DNA from: Longimicrobiales bacterium
GTDB lineage: Bacteria > Gemmatimonadota > Gemmatimonadetes > Longimicrobiales > Gaopeijiaceae
Length of the DNA: 64,000 nt
Direction: 5' to 3'
NCBI GenBank assembly: GCA_965249725.1
Contig: CBDFMQ010000002.1
Coordinates: forward strand, 2,688,001-2,752,000
Below are positions 1 to 10,184 of this stretch, in pieces. Position numbers and translations under genes: made by a program. How positions within the stretch are numbered: position 1 is the first letter of the stretch; every line of letters starts with the position of its first letter. Below the pieces are notes generated by a model. The model was not told where the DNA came from. It did not search any database and saw nothing but the letters and a program-made list of their open reading frames with translations.

Positions 1-336
1 GTCGGTGAAGCCCCTGAGCGATGCCTGTTGACCGTCGGCACCGGTCACGGTGCCCTCTGCCCAGGCCGAATATACGCCCAAGCTGAGGGACTCCCCCACG
101 GGCAACGTCATAGCCAAAGGCGCCGTCAGGAGGGTCACCTGATCCAGCCCGGTGGCCTCGGAATCCGAGAAGGAGTAGACCTCGTAGGTCGCGCCTCCGC
201 CCCCGGCCGCCTGGGCGATGAGCCCCCCCGGAGTGCCTGCGGCGACCAACACCACTGCGGCAGCGAGCGTCAGGGACGCGGCGGGGCCCCCAAGGGCACA
301 CGTCCTGCACGGGGCGCGGCGACTCATCTTAACCAT
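1..336 (-). CDS. Secreted/outer-membrane protein, N-terminal part (runs off window)
   Basis: Manual translation MVKMSRRAP...LAAAVVLVAAG...ATYEVYSFSD...LSLGVYSAWAEG...GFTD; signal-like hydrophobic stretch; ATG overlaps the stop of the adjacent CsgG-like gene (TGATG). Confidence 0.6.
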   Translation of the reverse strand, partial: MVKMSRRAPCRTCALGGPAASLTLAAAVVLVAAGTPGGLIAQAAGGGGATYEVYSFSDSEATGLDQVTLLTAPLAMTLPVGESLSLGVYSAWAEGTVTGADGQQASLRGFTD

Positions 337-1676
337 CAGCCCCCCGCCCTGAACACGATCTCGAGGAGGAAGAGCTTTCCGAGGCGATCCTGCCCCAGCA
401 CCTCCGAGAGCACGGCCCTCTGCCTGTCCGTCAGGTTCCTGAGGGCGGCCGGCCTGAGGCCTGCGGGGTTTCGGCGGATCCTCTGCACGGCCTGCCTTGC
501 CCGGTTCAACTGGGCCGCACGTCGGGCGGCCTGCGGTGAGGATCGTGTACGCGCGGCGGCAGATCGGCTGGTATTTTGCAGCTGCAACTGCGCCATCTGA
601 AAGTTCGGATCAAAGGTCGCGGCCTCGGCGAATTCCTGACTGGCCATCGAGAGGTCCCCCCGATCGGACGCCTCGAGGCCCCGGCCGTAGGCGAGCACAG
701 CCTGGACGCTCTCCGTGGGCCTCTCGTTGACACGAGCGACTTCAGCCGGGGTCAGCGAGACGCCCATCTCGGCGTACAGCCCCAACGCCAACTCCTTCTC
801 CATGTCGAAGAGCCCTTCGACCGCGCCTGTGGAGACCACCGGATCGCCGGTCGTGGGCTCGTCGCCGACCCGGACGACGGCAGCGTCGATGCGGAGACCC
901 TCGGCACCCACGTCGATCCTGCCCTGCACGATGCGCTCGGCCGACAGGAGCCTCCCGGCCCGCGCGGCGGTCTCAGGCTCGGTCCAGCCACCCTCTCCGA
1001 GAGAGATCTCGGTAAGGAGCGTCTGCACCCGAACTCGCTCCAGCACCTGCAAGCGCCCGGTAATCGATAGGTCCGTCACCAGGAACTCGGCCATGGCGCG
1101 GCTCAGAGGCTCGAGATCCGGATCTCCCTCCACGCGGAAGGGGAAGACGCCGACCGTGTTGGGTGTAGGGGGCAGCGACGACAACTCCGACTCCCTGGCC
1201 AACGCGTCGCGAACGGACGCCAGCAACTCCTCGGTGGCGATGATGTCGAGCCGATCCCGCACAACGTCCCGGAGCGACCCGTCTCCTTCGCTCAAGACCT
1301 CCTGGTAGACGGATCTGGCCAGCCCGAACTCCTCCAGGTCCTCGTAGGTGAGTCCCAACAGGACCGGAATCGCCTGGTCTTCCGGGTTCAGTGCCCTGCC
1401 CCGCTCCAGAAGGAGCCGAGCCTCGTCGGAGCGGTCGGCCCCTCGATAGGCAGCCGCCAGCTCAGCGACAGCATCCGTGTCGGTGGAGTCGCTCTGCACG
1501 TCCATTTCCAGCTGTGGAATCGCGGACGGCGGAGGAGGTTCGATCTCCAGGGATGCACCGCAGGCGGCCATTATCACGACCGAGGACAGCACGGATACCC
1601 TGACGAAGAGGCGACGGGCGGCCGCAAGGACCTCCCAGGCGCGCGGGCGACGGGAAGCGGGATCTCGGAAAGTCAT
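336..1676 (-). CDS. TPR + CsgG/HfaB-like lipoprotein
   Basis: Lipobox-like IMAAC, TPR-like helices, TVGVFPF...LQVLERVRVQTLLTEI...AARAGRLLSAERIVQG typical of CsgG/TolB-N domains; start codon uncertain. Confidence 0.7.
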   Translation of the reverse strand: MTFRDPASRRPRAWEVLAAARRLFVRVSVLSSVVIMAACGASLEIEPPPPSAIPQLEMDVQSDSTDTDAVAELAAAYRGADRSDEARLLLERGRALNPEDQAIPVLLGLTYEDLEEFGLARSVYQEVLSEGDGSLRDVVRDRLDIIATEELLASVRDALARESELSSLPPTPNTVGVFPFRVEGDPDLEPLSRAMAEFLVTDLSITGRLQVLERVRVQTLLTEISLGEGGWTEPETAARAGRLLSAERIVQGRIDVGAEGLRIDAAVVRVGDEPTTGDPVVSTGAVEGLFDMEKELALGLYAEMGVSLTPAEVARVNERPTESVQAVLAYGRGLEASDRGDLSMASQEFAEAATFDPNFQMAQLQLQNTSRSAAARTRSSPQAARRAAQLNRARQAVQRIRRNPAGLRPAALRNLTDRQRAVLSEVLGQDRLGKLFLLEIVFRAGG

Positions 1677-1751
1677 ACTCCACGCTAGGACCGGACCCAG
1701 CCCTGGTGCAAGGAGTCTTCCGACCCTAGCGTCGGCCGAAGAGACAGGAGA

Positions 1752-1919
1752 GACTGCGTCGTGCGTATGATACGCAGACTCAGACATGATCAGGAATCCG
1801 AGAATGGCCAAGAACCTCAAGCCGCCTGCCACCGACTGCGTCGTGCGTATGATACGCAGACTCAGACATGATCAGGAATCCGAGAATGGCCAAGAACCTC
1901 AAGCCGCCTGCCACCGACT
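1752..1919. repeat. Perfect 82-bp tandem duplication
   Basis: gactgcgtcgtgcgtatgatacgcag...gccgcctgccacc starts at 1752 and again at 1834. Confidence 0.95.
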
Positions 1920-3028
1920 TTTTCTGGAATCTCACGGCCCCGCTCCTCGGTCTCTTGAGCTATGTGATCCGGGGTGCGGCCCTGACCCTGTGCACGGTGC
2001 TCGTCGCCTTCGGGCCGCTCCAGGGCCAGGACACGTTCGAACTCGTGGAATTGGCTCCGAACGTGCACGTCGCCCTGGTCCGTCCCAATCCACCTCGGTA
2101 CGTGTTCGCCAACTCGCTCATCGTCATACGCGAGCGCGATGTGGTCGTCGTCGATACGCATCAGTCGCCGTCCGCTGCACACGTCCTGATCGATGAAATC
2201 GGCAAGCTCACACCCCTCCCCGTGCGATACGTCGTGAATACGCACTGGCATGGCGACCACGTCTATGGCAACCAGGCCTACAAGGAGCGCTTCGAGGGGG
2301 TCGAGTTCATCGGGCACGTAAGCACTCCAGCCGACGTCGGCTCCAAAGGGGCTCAGGCTTTGGCGAAGGAGATCACCGACCTTCCGCAGAGCATCGCGGA
2401 CCGTGAGGAGTGGGTCAGGACCGGAAGAGGGCCGAACGGGAGGGCTCTAGCGGAGGCGCAGGTCGCCCAGTGGAGTCAGAGTGCGCAGCTGAGGAGAGCG
2501 TACCTAGAGGAGCTGCAGTCCCTACGGCTGACCGCTCCCGACATCACCTTCGAGGAGGTCCTCACGCTTTCCGACGGCGCCTCCCCACCCATCCATCTTC
2601 TCCACTTCGGCGCGGCACACACGAGAGGCGACGTGGCCGTGTACCTCCCGGATCAGAGCATCCTCGCGGTGGGGGATCTCATCGAGAACGGCCTTCCCTG
2701 GGTGGACGAGAACAGCTCTCCCGTCGGTTGGGCCCGGGCTCTGGCGGCCATCTCCGAGCTGAGAGCGAACGTCATCGTGCCTGCGCACGGGCCCGTGTTG
2801 CGCGACGGGAACCTGCTGGAGGGTCAACTCAACTTCATGCGTACGGTTGCCGATGCCGTTACGGAGGCCCACCGAGCCGACCTGGGCCTGGCGGCCACAC
2901 TCGATCGTATTGAGCGCCTGGACCTACCCTGGTTTCTGGATCCGTCGGATCCGAGGCGGGGCAATACGTTCTCCGAGTACATACGCACCGTGGCGACGCA
3001 GGCCTACGAGGTCGCCGGCCAGCACTGA
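1868..3028 (+). CDS. MBL-fold metallo-hydrolase, secreted
   Basis: NTHWHGDHVYGN motif, AHTRGD, GDL, PAHG; start uncertain because of the duplication. Confidence 0.85.
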   Translation: MIRNPRMAKNLKPPATDFFWNLTAPLLGLLSYVIRGAALTLCTVLVAFGPLQGQDTFELVELAPNVHVALVRPNPPRYVFANSLIVIRERDVVVVDTHQSPSAAHVLIDEIGKLTPLPVRYVVNTHWHGDHVYGNQAYKERFEGVEFIGHVSTPADVGSKGAQALAKEITDLPQSIADREEWVRTGRGPNGRALAEAQVAQWSQSAQLRRAYLEELQSLRLTAPDITFEEVLTLSDGASPPIHLLHFGAAHTRGDVAVYLPDQSILAVGDLIENGLPWVDENSSPVGWARALAAISELRANVIVPAHGPVLRDGNLLEGQLNFMRTVADAVTEAHRADLGLAATLDRIERLDLPWFLDPSDPRRGNTFSEYIRTVATQAYEVAGQH

Positions 3029-3083
3029 CGATCCCTCAGTCAGGGCTCGCGGCACTCCCTCACGTAAGTCCGGCGGCGCCCTC

Positions 3084-3400
3084 TCAGGTAAGTCCGGCGA
3101 TGAACCAACCGACCCCGTAGGCAACCCCAGCCGCGATAGCGCCCAACACCAGCATCTCGAGGCCACCCTGAACCAACTTGCTGGCGCCCATCGAGAAGCC
3201 GTCAGCCAGGAGATTGGCGAAACCGAGAATGAGGATGGTACGCGCCGGCAGAGCCGCTCCAGCGACGCCGGCTACGACCGCGAAGGTGGTGATGATCCCG
3301 TCGTTGGCGCCGTAGACCAAATCGCCCAAGTAATGACGGGCCAGGCCGTGCAGAGACGGGGGCTCGTAATCGTGCAAGGGAGCCTCCCAGAAAGATTGAA
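3084..3400 (-). pseudogene. VIT1/CCC1 transporter with large internal in-frame deletion
   Basis: DLVYGANDGIITTFAVVAGV...ANLLADGFSMGAS joined directly to the terminal helix GGLEMLVLGAIAAGVAYGVG; 5' boundary approximate. Confidence 0.75.
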
Positions 3401-3553
3401 GTTGTGCCCTCAATCTGCCGCCCAGGGAGCCTGCCGCTAGGTCCAGCGGGGCCACCCCTTTGCCCGGTGATATCGACCGGACCCATCTTATGTGCTCACA
3501 TTCCGTTTCTGTACGCCCATGACACGCTGACGCCGATTCCCGGACGAGCACCC

Positions 3554-6500
3554 ATGAAGAAGTCCGTCGCCTACGCCATCGTCACGATGATGGTCCTCGC
3601 ATCGCCCGCCGCGCCCACTCACGTGGGCCAGGCGCATGCCCAAGAAGACACTTCGACCGATCCGACGGCCCTCGCGGGCTTCCTGAAGTGGCGCGAAATC
3701 GGTCCCGCCGTAGTCGGTGGGCGCATCAGTGACCTGGCGGTCGACGAGGCGGATTCACGCAACATCTACGTGGGTACCGCAACAGGCGGAGTGTGGAAGA
3801 GCACCAACCACGGTACCACGTGGACGGCGGTCTTCACCGACCAGTCCACGGCCTCCATCGGCGACGTAACTCTCGCGCCGTCGAACCCCAACGTAGTGTG
3901 GGTGGGAACGGGTGAGCCGCAGAACCGGCAGAGTTCCCCATGGGGGGACGGCGTTTTCAAGTCGATGGATGGCGGGCGTACTTGGACGAGCCTGGGCCTC
4001 GAAGAGACGCGTCACATCAGTCGCATTCAGGTCCACCCGCGAAACCCCGACATCGCCTATGTGGCCGCCGTGGGGAATCTCTGGAAGTCGGGCCCGGAGC
4101 GGGGTGTGTACAAGACGACCGACGGTGGCGCCACCTGGGACCTGGTCCTGTTCGTGGACGACCAGACCGGCGCCATCGACCTGATCATGGATCCAGCCGA
4201 TCCCAATACGCTCTTCGCGGCCATGTACCAGCGCCAGCGGACCGCGTGGGGATTCAACGGGGCCGGACCCGGGAGCGGCATCTACCGCACTCTCGATGGC
4301 GGTGTCGTGTGGGAGCGGTTGGGGGAAGGCCTCCCCGACGGGGACCTGGGGCGCATCGGGCTCGACGTCTATAGGAGAGACGGCAATCTGGTCTTTGCCA
4401 CGGTGCAGGCCCGCCGGGGCCAGACCGGTGTTTACGCCTCGAAAGACCGCGGCAACACATGGGAGAAGCTCTCGAACACCAACCCCCGGCCGATGTATTT
4501 CAGCATGATCCGGGTGGATCCGAACAATCCCGAGCGCGTCTACGTGGGCGGCCAGAATCTCATGCGCTCCGACGACGGAGGGCGGACCTTCACCAGCGAC
4601 GGCGCCCGAAACGTCCATCTCGACCACCACGCTTTGTGGATCGACCCGGCCAACTCGAACCACCTGGTCTTGGGGAGCGACGGCGGCGTCTCGGCCTCGT
4701 TCGATGGTTCGGAGACGTGGCGATTCTACGACAACCTTCCCGTGTCGCAGTTCTACGAGATCGGCTTCGACACTCGGAATCCGTACTGGGTGTGCGGGGG
4801 GCTGCAGGACAACGGAAGCTGGTGCGGTCCGACCAACACGTTGGACAGTCAGGGGATTCGCAACGCCGATTGGCAGAACATCGGGGGAGGAGACGGCTTC
4901 TACGTCCAGATCGACCCGGAGGATACGACCGTACTCTACGCCGAGTCCCAGGGCGGGCGCGTGAGACGCGTGGATCTCGAGACCGGCGAGCGTGCGTCGA
5001 TCGCACCGGCGCCCAACTCCGATCTCGAAGAGGGTTCACCGCGTAAGAAGGACTATCCATCGGCGGACGATCCCGATCCGGAGGACTCTCAGTATCGCTT
5101 CAACTGGAACACTCCCACCCTGCTCTCCATCCACGATCGCAACACCGTGTATACGGGGAGCCAGATGTTGATGAGGAGCTCCGACCAGGGCATGACCTGG
5201 AGCCAGATCAGCCCCGACCTGACCTTCGATATCGATCGGTCCCAGCTCCCCATCATGGGCGCCACGCCTACGGACTCCACGCTATCCCGTCATGACGGCG
5301 TGTCGACCTACAGTACGTTGACGACCGTCGGCGAGTCTCCGATAAACGCTGACGTCCTCTACACCGGTAGCGACGACGGCCGAGTCATGGGCACGCAGGA
5401 CGGCGGCGTGAACTGGACGGATCTGACGCCGGGCATTACCGATCTGCCTGCCAACACGTACGTCAGTCGTCTCGTCCCCTCGAACGTCCGCGAGGGCCGC
5501 GTCTACGCAACATTCGACGGGCACTACTCGGGCGACTTCGGACCCTACGTGTACGTGAGCAACGACTTCGGTGCGACATGGGCCTCGATCACTACGGGGC
5601 TCCCCAACTCGTCCGTGAACATCATGGCCGAGCATCCGGATCAGGAGAATCTGCTCTTCGTCGGAAACGAGGTGGGGGTCTATGTCTCGACCGACCGAGG
5701 ATCGAGCTGGGCACCACTCATGAACGGCCTTCCCACGGTTCCGGTGGACGACATCAAGATCCATCCCGACGAGAACGACCTCATCATCGGCACCCATGGA
5801 CGGGGGATTTGGGTGATGGACAACATCGCGCCCCTCGATGAACTCGCAACCGGATCCGTCGCGGCATCGAATCCCTACCTCTTCCGCGTCGGCCGTGCGA
5901 TCGACTGGAGGAACTTCCGCAACCAGGAATGGACGGCATCAGGCGAGTTCCGCATCCCCAACCCGAGCAACGGGGCGCGGATCCGGTACTGGCTCCCGGA
6001 GGGCGCTGCGACCGCCGACGACGAGGAGGACGATCGCCAGGCCGGAGCGGCCGACGGTGAGGGTACCGGCGAGGGCGAGGGCGAGGATGAGGGTGAGGGC
6101 GAGGGTGCAGGCGCGTCGGATCAGGCCATGGGAGACGGTCACCTCCCCATCAAGATCATGACGGCCACCGGGCAGGAAGTGCGGACGCTCGAGGGCCCCT
6201 CTTCTCCGGGCGCCCATGAGGTCGTGTGGGATTTCCGGCTGGATCCCCCCCACGAGACTCAGGGCGCGGGCGCGGGCGGGGGTGGAGGGGGAGGTGGGGG
6301 CGCGGTGCAGGGCCCCAAGGTGCTCCCCGGCGTCTACCAGATTCAGATCGAAGTCGGTGAGACCACCATGTTGGGAGATCTGGTCGTGCGACAGGATCCG
6401 CGTATCGAAGTATCTCGTGGGGATCTTACGGCGAGACAGGCCGCGATCATGTCGGCTTATGACCTCGAGTCGTCGGTCTATGACGCCGGCCAGGCCATTC

Positions 6501-6859
6501 TGCGGCTGCGTGACCAGCTCGGCGACGTGGACGATCTTCTCAACGACGCCGACGATCCGTCCGAGACCCTCGGTGAGGAGGTAGAGGCAATCAGGGAGGA
6601 GCTCGGGAGCATCAGCGAGGACCTCGATCGCCTCCGGGTTCGCCAAACCCGGTCGTCCATCGAAGGGTCGACTACGCGGCCCACCGAGGACCAAGTTCAA
6701 GCCATCGACAAGGCCTGGGATGACGCCCCCGGGATCATCGAGCAACTCAACTCCGTGATCTCGAACCGGATGCCCGCTCTCAATCGCCGTCTCGACGATG
6801 AAGGCATCCGAGCCGATCCCGGCGACGTCGTGGAAGTCCCTGCGCGAGGAGGTCGCTGA
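3554..6859 (+). CDS. VPS10/BNR-repeat (Asp-box) beta-propeller glycosyl-hydrolase-like protein
   Basis: Signal peptide, WREIGPAVVGGRI, many S/TxDGGxTW Asp-boxes, GGLQDNGSW. Confidence 0.85.
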   Translation: MKKSVAYAIVTMMVLASPAAPTHVGQAHAQEDTSTDPTALAGFLKWREIGPAVVGGRISDLAVDEADSRNIYVGTATGGVWKSTNHGTTWTAVFTDQSTASIGDVTLAPSNPNVVWVGTGEPQNRQSSPWGDGVFKSMDGGRTWTSLGLEETRHISRIQVHPRNPDIAYVAAVGNLWKSGPERGVYKTTDGGATWDLVLFVDDQTGAIDLIMDPADPNTLFAAMYQRQRTAWGFNGAGPGSGIYRTLDGGVVWERLGEGLPDGDLGRIGLDVYRRDGNLVFATVQARRGQTGVYASKDRGNTWEKLSNTNPRPMYFSMIRVDPNNPERVYVGGQNLMRSDDGGRTFTSDGARNVHLDHHALWIDPANSNHLVLGSDGGVSASFDGSETWRFYDNLPVSQFYEIGFDTRNPYWVCGGLQDNGSWCGPTNTLDSQGIRNADWQNIGGGDGFYVQIDPEDTTVLYAESQGGRVRRVDLETGERASIAPAPNSDLEEGSPRKKDYPSADDPDPEDSQYRFNWNTPTLLSIHDRNTVYTGSQMLMRSSDQGMTWSQISPDLTFDIDRSQLPIMGATPTDSTLSRHDGVSTYSTLTTVGESPINADVLYTGSDDGRVMGTQDGGVNWTDLTPGITDLPANTYVSRLVPSNVREGRVYATFDGHYSGDFGPYVYVSNDFGATWASITTGLPNSSVNIMAEHPDQENLLFVGNEVGVYVSTDRGSSWAPLMNGLPTVPVDDIKIHPDENDLIIGTHGRGIWVMDNIAPLDELATGSVAASNPYLFRVGRAIDWRNFRNQEWTASGEFRIPNPSNGARIRYWLPEGAATADDEEDDRQAGAADGEGTGEGEGEDEGEGEGAGASDQAMGDGHLPIKIMTATGQEVRTLEGPSSPGAHEVVWDFRLDPPHETQGAGAGGGGGGGGGAVQGPKVLPGVYQIQIEVGETTMLGDLVVRQDPRIEVSRGDLTARQAAIMSAYDLESSVYDAGQAILRLRDQLGDVDDLLNDADDPSETLGEEVEAIREELGSISEDLDRLRVRQTRSSIEGSTTRPTEDQVQAIDKAWDDAPGIIEQLNSVISNRMPALNRRLDDEGIRADPGDVVEVPARGGR

Positions 6860-6890
6860 CGGTCCGCTGGATCTTCCCGGGGGCTTACAC

Positions 6891-8507
6891 GTGCGGGTGA
6901 GACTTCTCCTCTGCGGGCTATTGCTGGCCCTCTCGTCCTCCCCAGTGGAGGGGCAGCGACCGCCCGCCCTCGACACGACCGCTTTCTCGGCGCACATCGC
7001 CTCAGTGGCGAGACGGGCCCAGATTCCGCATGTATCCGTCGTTGTCGTGGGGCCGGAGGGGGCCCTCTACGAGGCACACATCGGATCGCGCACCTCGGGT
7101 CCGGGTCCGAGCTCGCGAGGGCTGTCCGAAGGCAACACTCGCTTCTACCTGGGCGCGGTTTCCGAGACGCTCACGGCCTTCGCCCTCATGCGGCTGGTCG
7201 ACGACGGCCTCGTCGACCTGGACGCGCCGGTTACCCGATATCTGCCTGATCTGGATTTCGGAGACCCCGATCGCGCAGACCGTCTGACGATTCGACACCT
7301 GTTCACCCACCACAGTGGCCTGCCCCGAAGCGGGTTCTTCAATCGCCGCGTGCAAGAGGAAGGGCGGCTGGACCACATAGACTTCGTGCGAGAGCCTGGG
7401 GCGACGCTCAAGGCGTCCAGTCTGGACTATCTGGTCTTGGGAATGGTGCTGGAAGCGGTGTCGGGACAACGCTTTTCCACGCTCATGTCCGAGCGGGTCT
7501 TCGAGCCGATCGGGATGGAATCGGCCGTTGCCGACGGTGAGACGGCCCGAAGCGAGGGAGTCGCGACGGGGCACCGTTATCTGTTCGGATGGCCGGTGGC
7601 GACGGAAGGACACCCGTATACGGACATCATGGTGCCCGCCGCCCACATGGCCGCCAGCGCCCTGGACACCGGCCGGTTCCTGTCTGTGCTGCTGAACCAG
7701 GGACGCCGTGACGATGTACGCCTACTGACGGCCTCCGGGGCCAAGGCGCTTCTTCCGACACCTCAGGATCCCACAGACGGTACGGCCCCTGGAGCCGCCA
7801 ACAACGGATGGGGATTGATGGCGTGGGGAGGCGATGCGGACCGGGAGGACGAAGAGGCGCTGATGCGCGCTGAGGCGTGGTTTCGAGAGGGTGTGAGCCC
7901 GGGATTCCACGCCTTGATGGCAGTGCTGCCCGGTGAGGACCTGGGCGTCGTCGTGTTGGCGAACCGTACAGGGGGGCCAGGTCCCAGCGCGGCTCGGGAG
8001 CTTCTCTACGGCGTCGTCGATCGCGCTCTCGGCCGCCCAGGGCGGGCCTACGTTCCCTGGGAGCGCCTCACGCACCTGGCCCTTCTGCTATTCGGCGTCG
8101 GTTGGATCGGGTTGGCCTTTCGCTGGCATCGGCGTTGGGTGGAGATGGGGCGTCCTCCGGCAACCGCTCATACGGCCCCCATCATTGGTCGCCTCGCCCT
8201 GGACCTTACGGTCGCGGCGGCACTTCCACTCGTGGTCGTCCTGGGGGTGGAGAAGACGTCCATCATGGCACTACTCAGGCTCCACCCGGACCTCGGCATC
8301 GCTGTGATCCTGTTCCCGCTCGCCGCCATTCCCATGGCCGTTTGGAGGACGTTGGCGACCTCCGAGGACTGGCGACGCAGCCGAGGCGCCGGAGACGCCG
8401 GACCCCTCACTCCATACCCGGAGGGGCAGGTTGTCACCGTGAATCTCAACCGCGAAATTCTTCGCGCTCGAATCTCCGGCAGGTCGGATCGCCACCACGA
8501 CTCCTGA
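6891..8507 (+). CDS. Beta-lactamase/serine-hydrolase fold protein with C-terminal TM helices, catalytic motifs degenerate
   Basis: LDAPVTRYLP, LTIRHLFTHHSG, FEPIGM, GVVVLAN; the SxxK site reads AVSE; start approximate. Confidence 0.75.
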   Translation: MRVRLLLCGLLLALSSSPVEGQRPPALDTTAFSAHIASVARRAQIPHVSVVVVGPEGALYEAHIGSRTSGPGPSSRGLSEGNTRFYLGAVSETLTAFALMRLVDDGLVDLDAPVTRYLPDLDFGDPDRADRLTIRHLFTHHSGLPRSGFFNRRVQEEGRLDHIDFVREPGATLKASSLDYLVLGMVLEAVSGQRFSTLMSERVFEPIGMESAVADGETARSEGVATGHRYLFGWPVATEGHPYTDIMVPAAHMAASALDTGRFLSVLLNQGRRDDVRLLTASGAKALLPTPQDPTDGTAPGAANNGWGLMAWGGDADREDEEALMRAEAWFREGVSPGFHALMAVLPGEDLGVVVLANRTGGPGPSAARELLYGVVDRALGRPGRAYVPWERLTHLALLLFGVGWIGLAFRWHRRWVEMGRPPATAHTAPIIGRLALDLTVAAALPLVVVLGVEKTSIMALLRLHPDLGIAVILFPLAAIPMAVWRTLATSEDWRRSRGAGDAGPLTPYPEGQVVTVNLNREILRARISGRSDRHHDS

Positions 8508-8524
8508 GGAGTAAACGTTGAGGA

Positions 8525-9043
8525 GTGACCGTGAACCTGGATGAGGTCCAGGCTGTCATAGACAGCGCAAAAGCGCGAGGCACAGGAGTACTCGAGAAGT
8601 ACGTCCGTGACCGTATGCCTCAGGCCTCCGACCAGGAGATCCGCGACGCGGCGGAGGTCGCGCTCGAGATCATCGAGACGGTTCCGATTTTTCTGGCCAC
8701 CGCCGCTCAGGAAGCCGAGGATCGCAAAATGACGTCGGTCGTACAGCCCTTGCTGGACCGCGCGGCACGCTACTTTCTGCACCCGATCGACATCATTTCG
8801 GAGATGACTCTGGGATTGGCTGGACTCCTGGATGATACTTACTTGGTGCTGCGCATTCTCCAGGTGCTCGAGCAGGGCCCCGAACCTCTCGTGGATTGGG
8901 ATCTGGACCATCCAACCACGTTCATACGGAAACTACTCGGCGAGCAGATCGGTCAGCAGCTCGACGCGATATCGGCTATCGCGTTCGAGGAGGCGGCCGG
9001 ATCTCCCGGTGGACTCTGGCATACGGAACCGTTCGACGCTTGA
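8525..9043 (+). CDS. DUF1232/YkvA family protein
   Basis: YFLHPIDIISE...GLLDD motif. Confidence 0.7.
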   Translation: MTVNLDEVQAVIDSAKARGTGVLEKYVRDRMPQASDQEIRDAAEVALEIIETVPIFLATAAQEAEDRKMTSVVQPLLDRAARYFLHPIDIISEMTLGLAGLLDDTYLVLRILQVLEQGPEPLVDWDLDHPTTFIRKLLGEQIGQQLDAISAIAFEEAAGSPGGLWHTEPFDA

Positions 9044-9112
9044 ACTCGGAAGTGCGGGCACGCGGTCGGTAAGGCGCTATACCTACACCCGCAGTTCATT
9101 ATCAAGGAGGGG

Positions 9113-10174
9113 ATGATGCGACTCCTGAATCTGACGTTACTCACGGTCCTGACGCCGGGTCTCTCGCCGGGCTTCTCCGTGGGTGTCCTGGCAGCCCAGC
9201 AGGCCCAGGAGATCGAAATCGCGGAGTGGACGGTGCCCTGGGAAGAGAGCCGACCACGCGACCCTTACGTCGCCCCGGACGGTAAGGTCTGGTTCGTGGG
9301 TCAGCGTACCCACTACGCCGCTTGGCTGGACCGGACGACCGGAGAATTCAAGCAGTTCCCCCTCAGGGACGGGACCGGACCCCACAATCTGGTCGTCGAC
9401 GATGACGGAACCGTCTACTACACCGGCAACCTCGTGGCAAACATCGGCAAGCTCGATCCCGAAACCGGTGAAATCGAACGGTTCCGCATGCCCGACACGG
9501 CGGCCCGCGATCCTCATACGCTGGTCTTCGGAGAGGGCGACGACCTCTGGTTCACGGTGCAGGGCGGAAATTACGTTGGACGTTTCGTCTCCGGAACCGG
9601 GGACGTGAGCCTCGTGAAGGCTCCGGAGGTGACCAGCGGCAGAGGTGCGTCCAGCCGGCCCTACGGAATCCACATGGACTCGAACAATCACCCGTGGATC
9701 GCGCTCTTCAACACCAACAAGATCGCCACCGTGGATCCCGAAACGATGGAGCTTACGTCCTACGACCTCCCGGACGAACGCACGAGGCCACGTCGGCTCG
9801 TCGTCGACTCGGATGACATTGTCTGGTATGTGGACTACAGCCTCGGCCGATTGGGCCGGCTGGATCCACGCACCGGAGACATCGAGGAGTGGGACAACCC
9901 GTCGGGAGAGCAGTCGAGGCCCTACGCCATGGCCATCGACGGGTCCGACCGAATCTGGTTCGTCGAGACCGGAGTGCGCCCGAACAAGTTCGTCGGCTTC
10001 GATCCAGTGACGGAGGAGTTCTTCTCGGTCACCGACGTCGGGAGCGGCGGCGGCTCGGTTCGCCACATGTTCTATGAGGAGAGCACCAACTCCATCTGGT
10101 TCGGGTCGGACGCAAACACCATCGGACAAGCCAAGCTCCCTCCGCTGAGGCCACGGACGACCACCGACCGGTAG
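9113..10174 (+). CDS. Virginiamycin B lyase (Vgb)-like beta-propeller, secreted
   Basis: Repeated PxxxxxxxDGxVWF/IGKLDP blades; RBS AAGGAGG. Confidence 0.8.
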   Translation: MMRLLNLTLLTVLTPGLSPGFSVGVLAAQQAQEIEIAEWTVPWEESRPRDPYVAPDGKVWFVGQRTHYAAWLDRTTGEFKQFPLRDGTGPHNLVVDDDGTVYYTGNLVANIGKLDPETGEIERFRMPDTAARDPHTLVFGEGDDLWFTVQGGNYVGRFVSGTGDVSLVKAPEVTSGRGASSRPYGIHMDSNNHPWIALFNTNKIATVDPETMELTSYDLPDERTRPRRLVVDSDDIVWYVDYSLGRLGRLDPRTGDIEEWDNPSGEQSRPYAMAIDGSDRIWFVETGVRPNKFVGFDPVTEEFFSVTDVGSGGGSVRHMFYEESTNSIWFGSDANTIGQAKLPPLRPRTTTDR

Positions 10175-10184
10175 CCGGTCCGAG

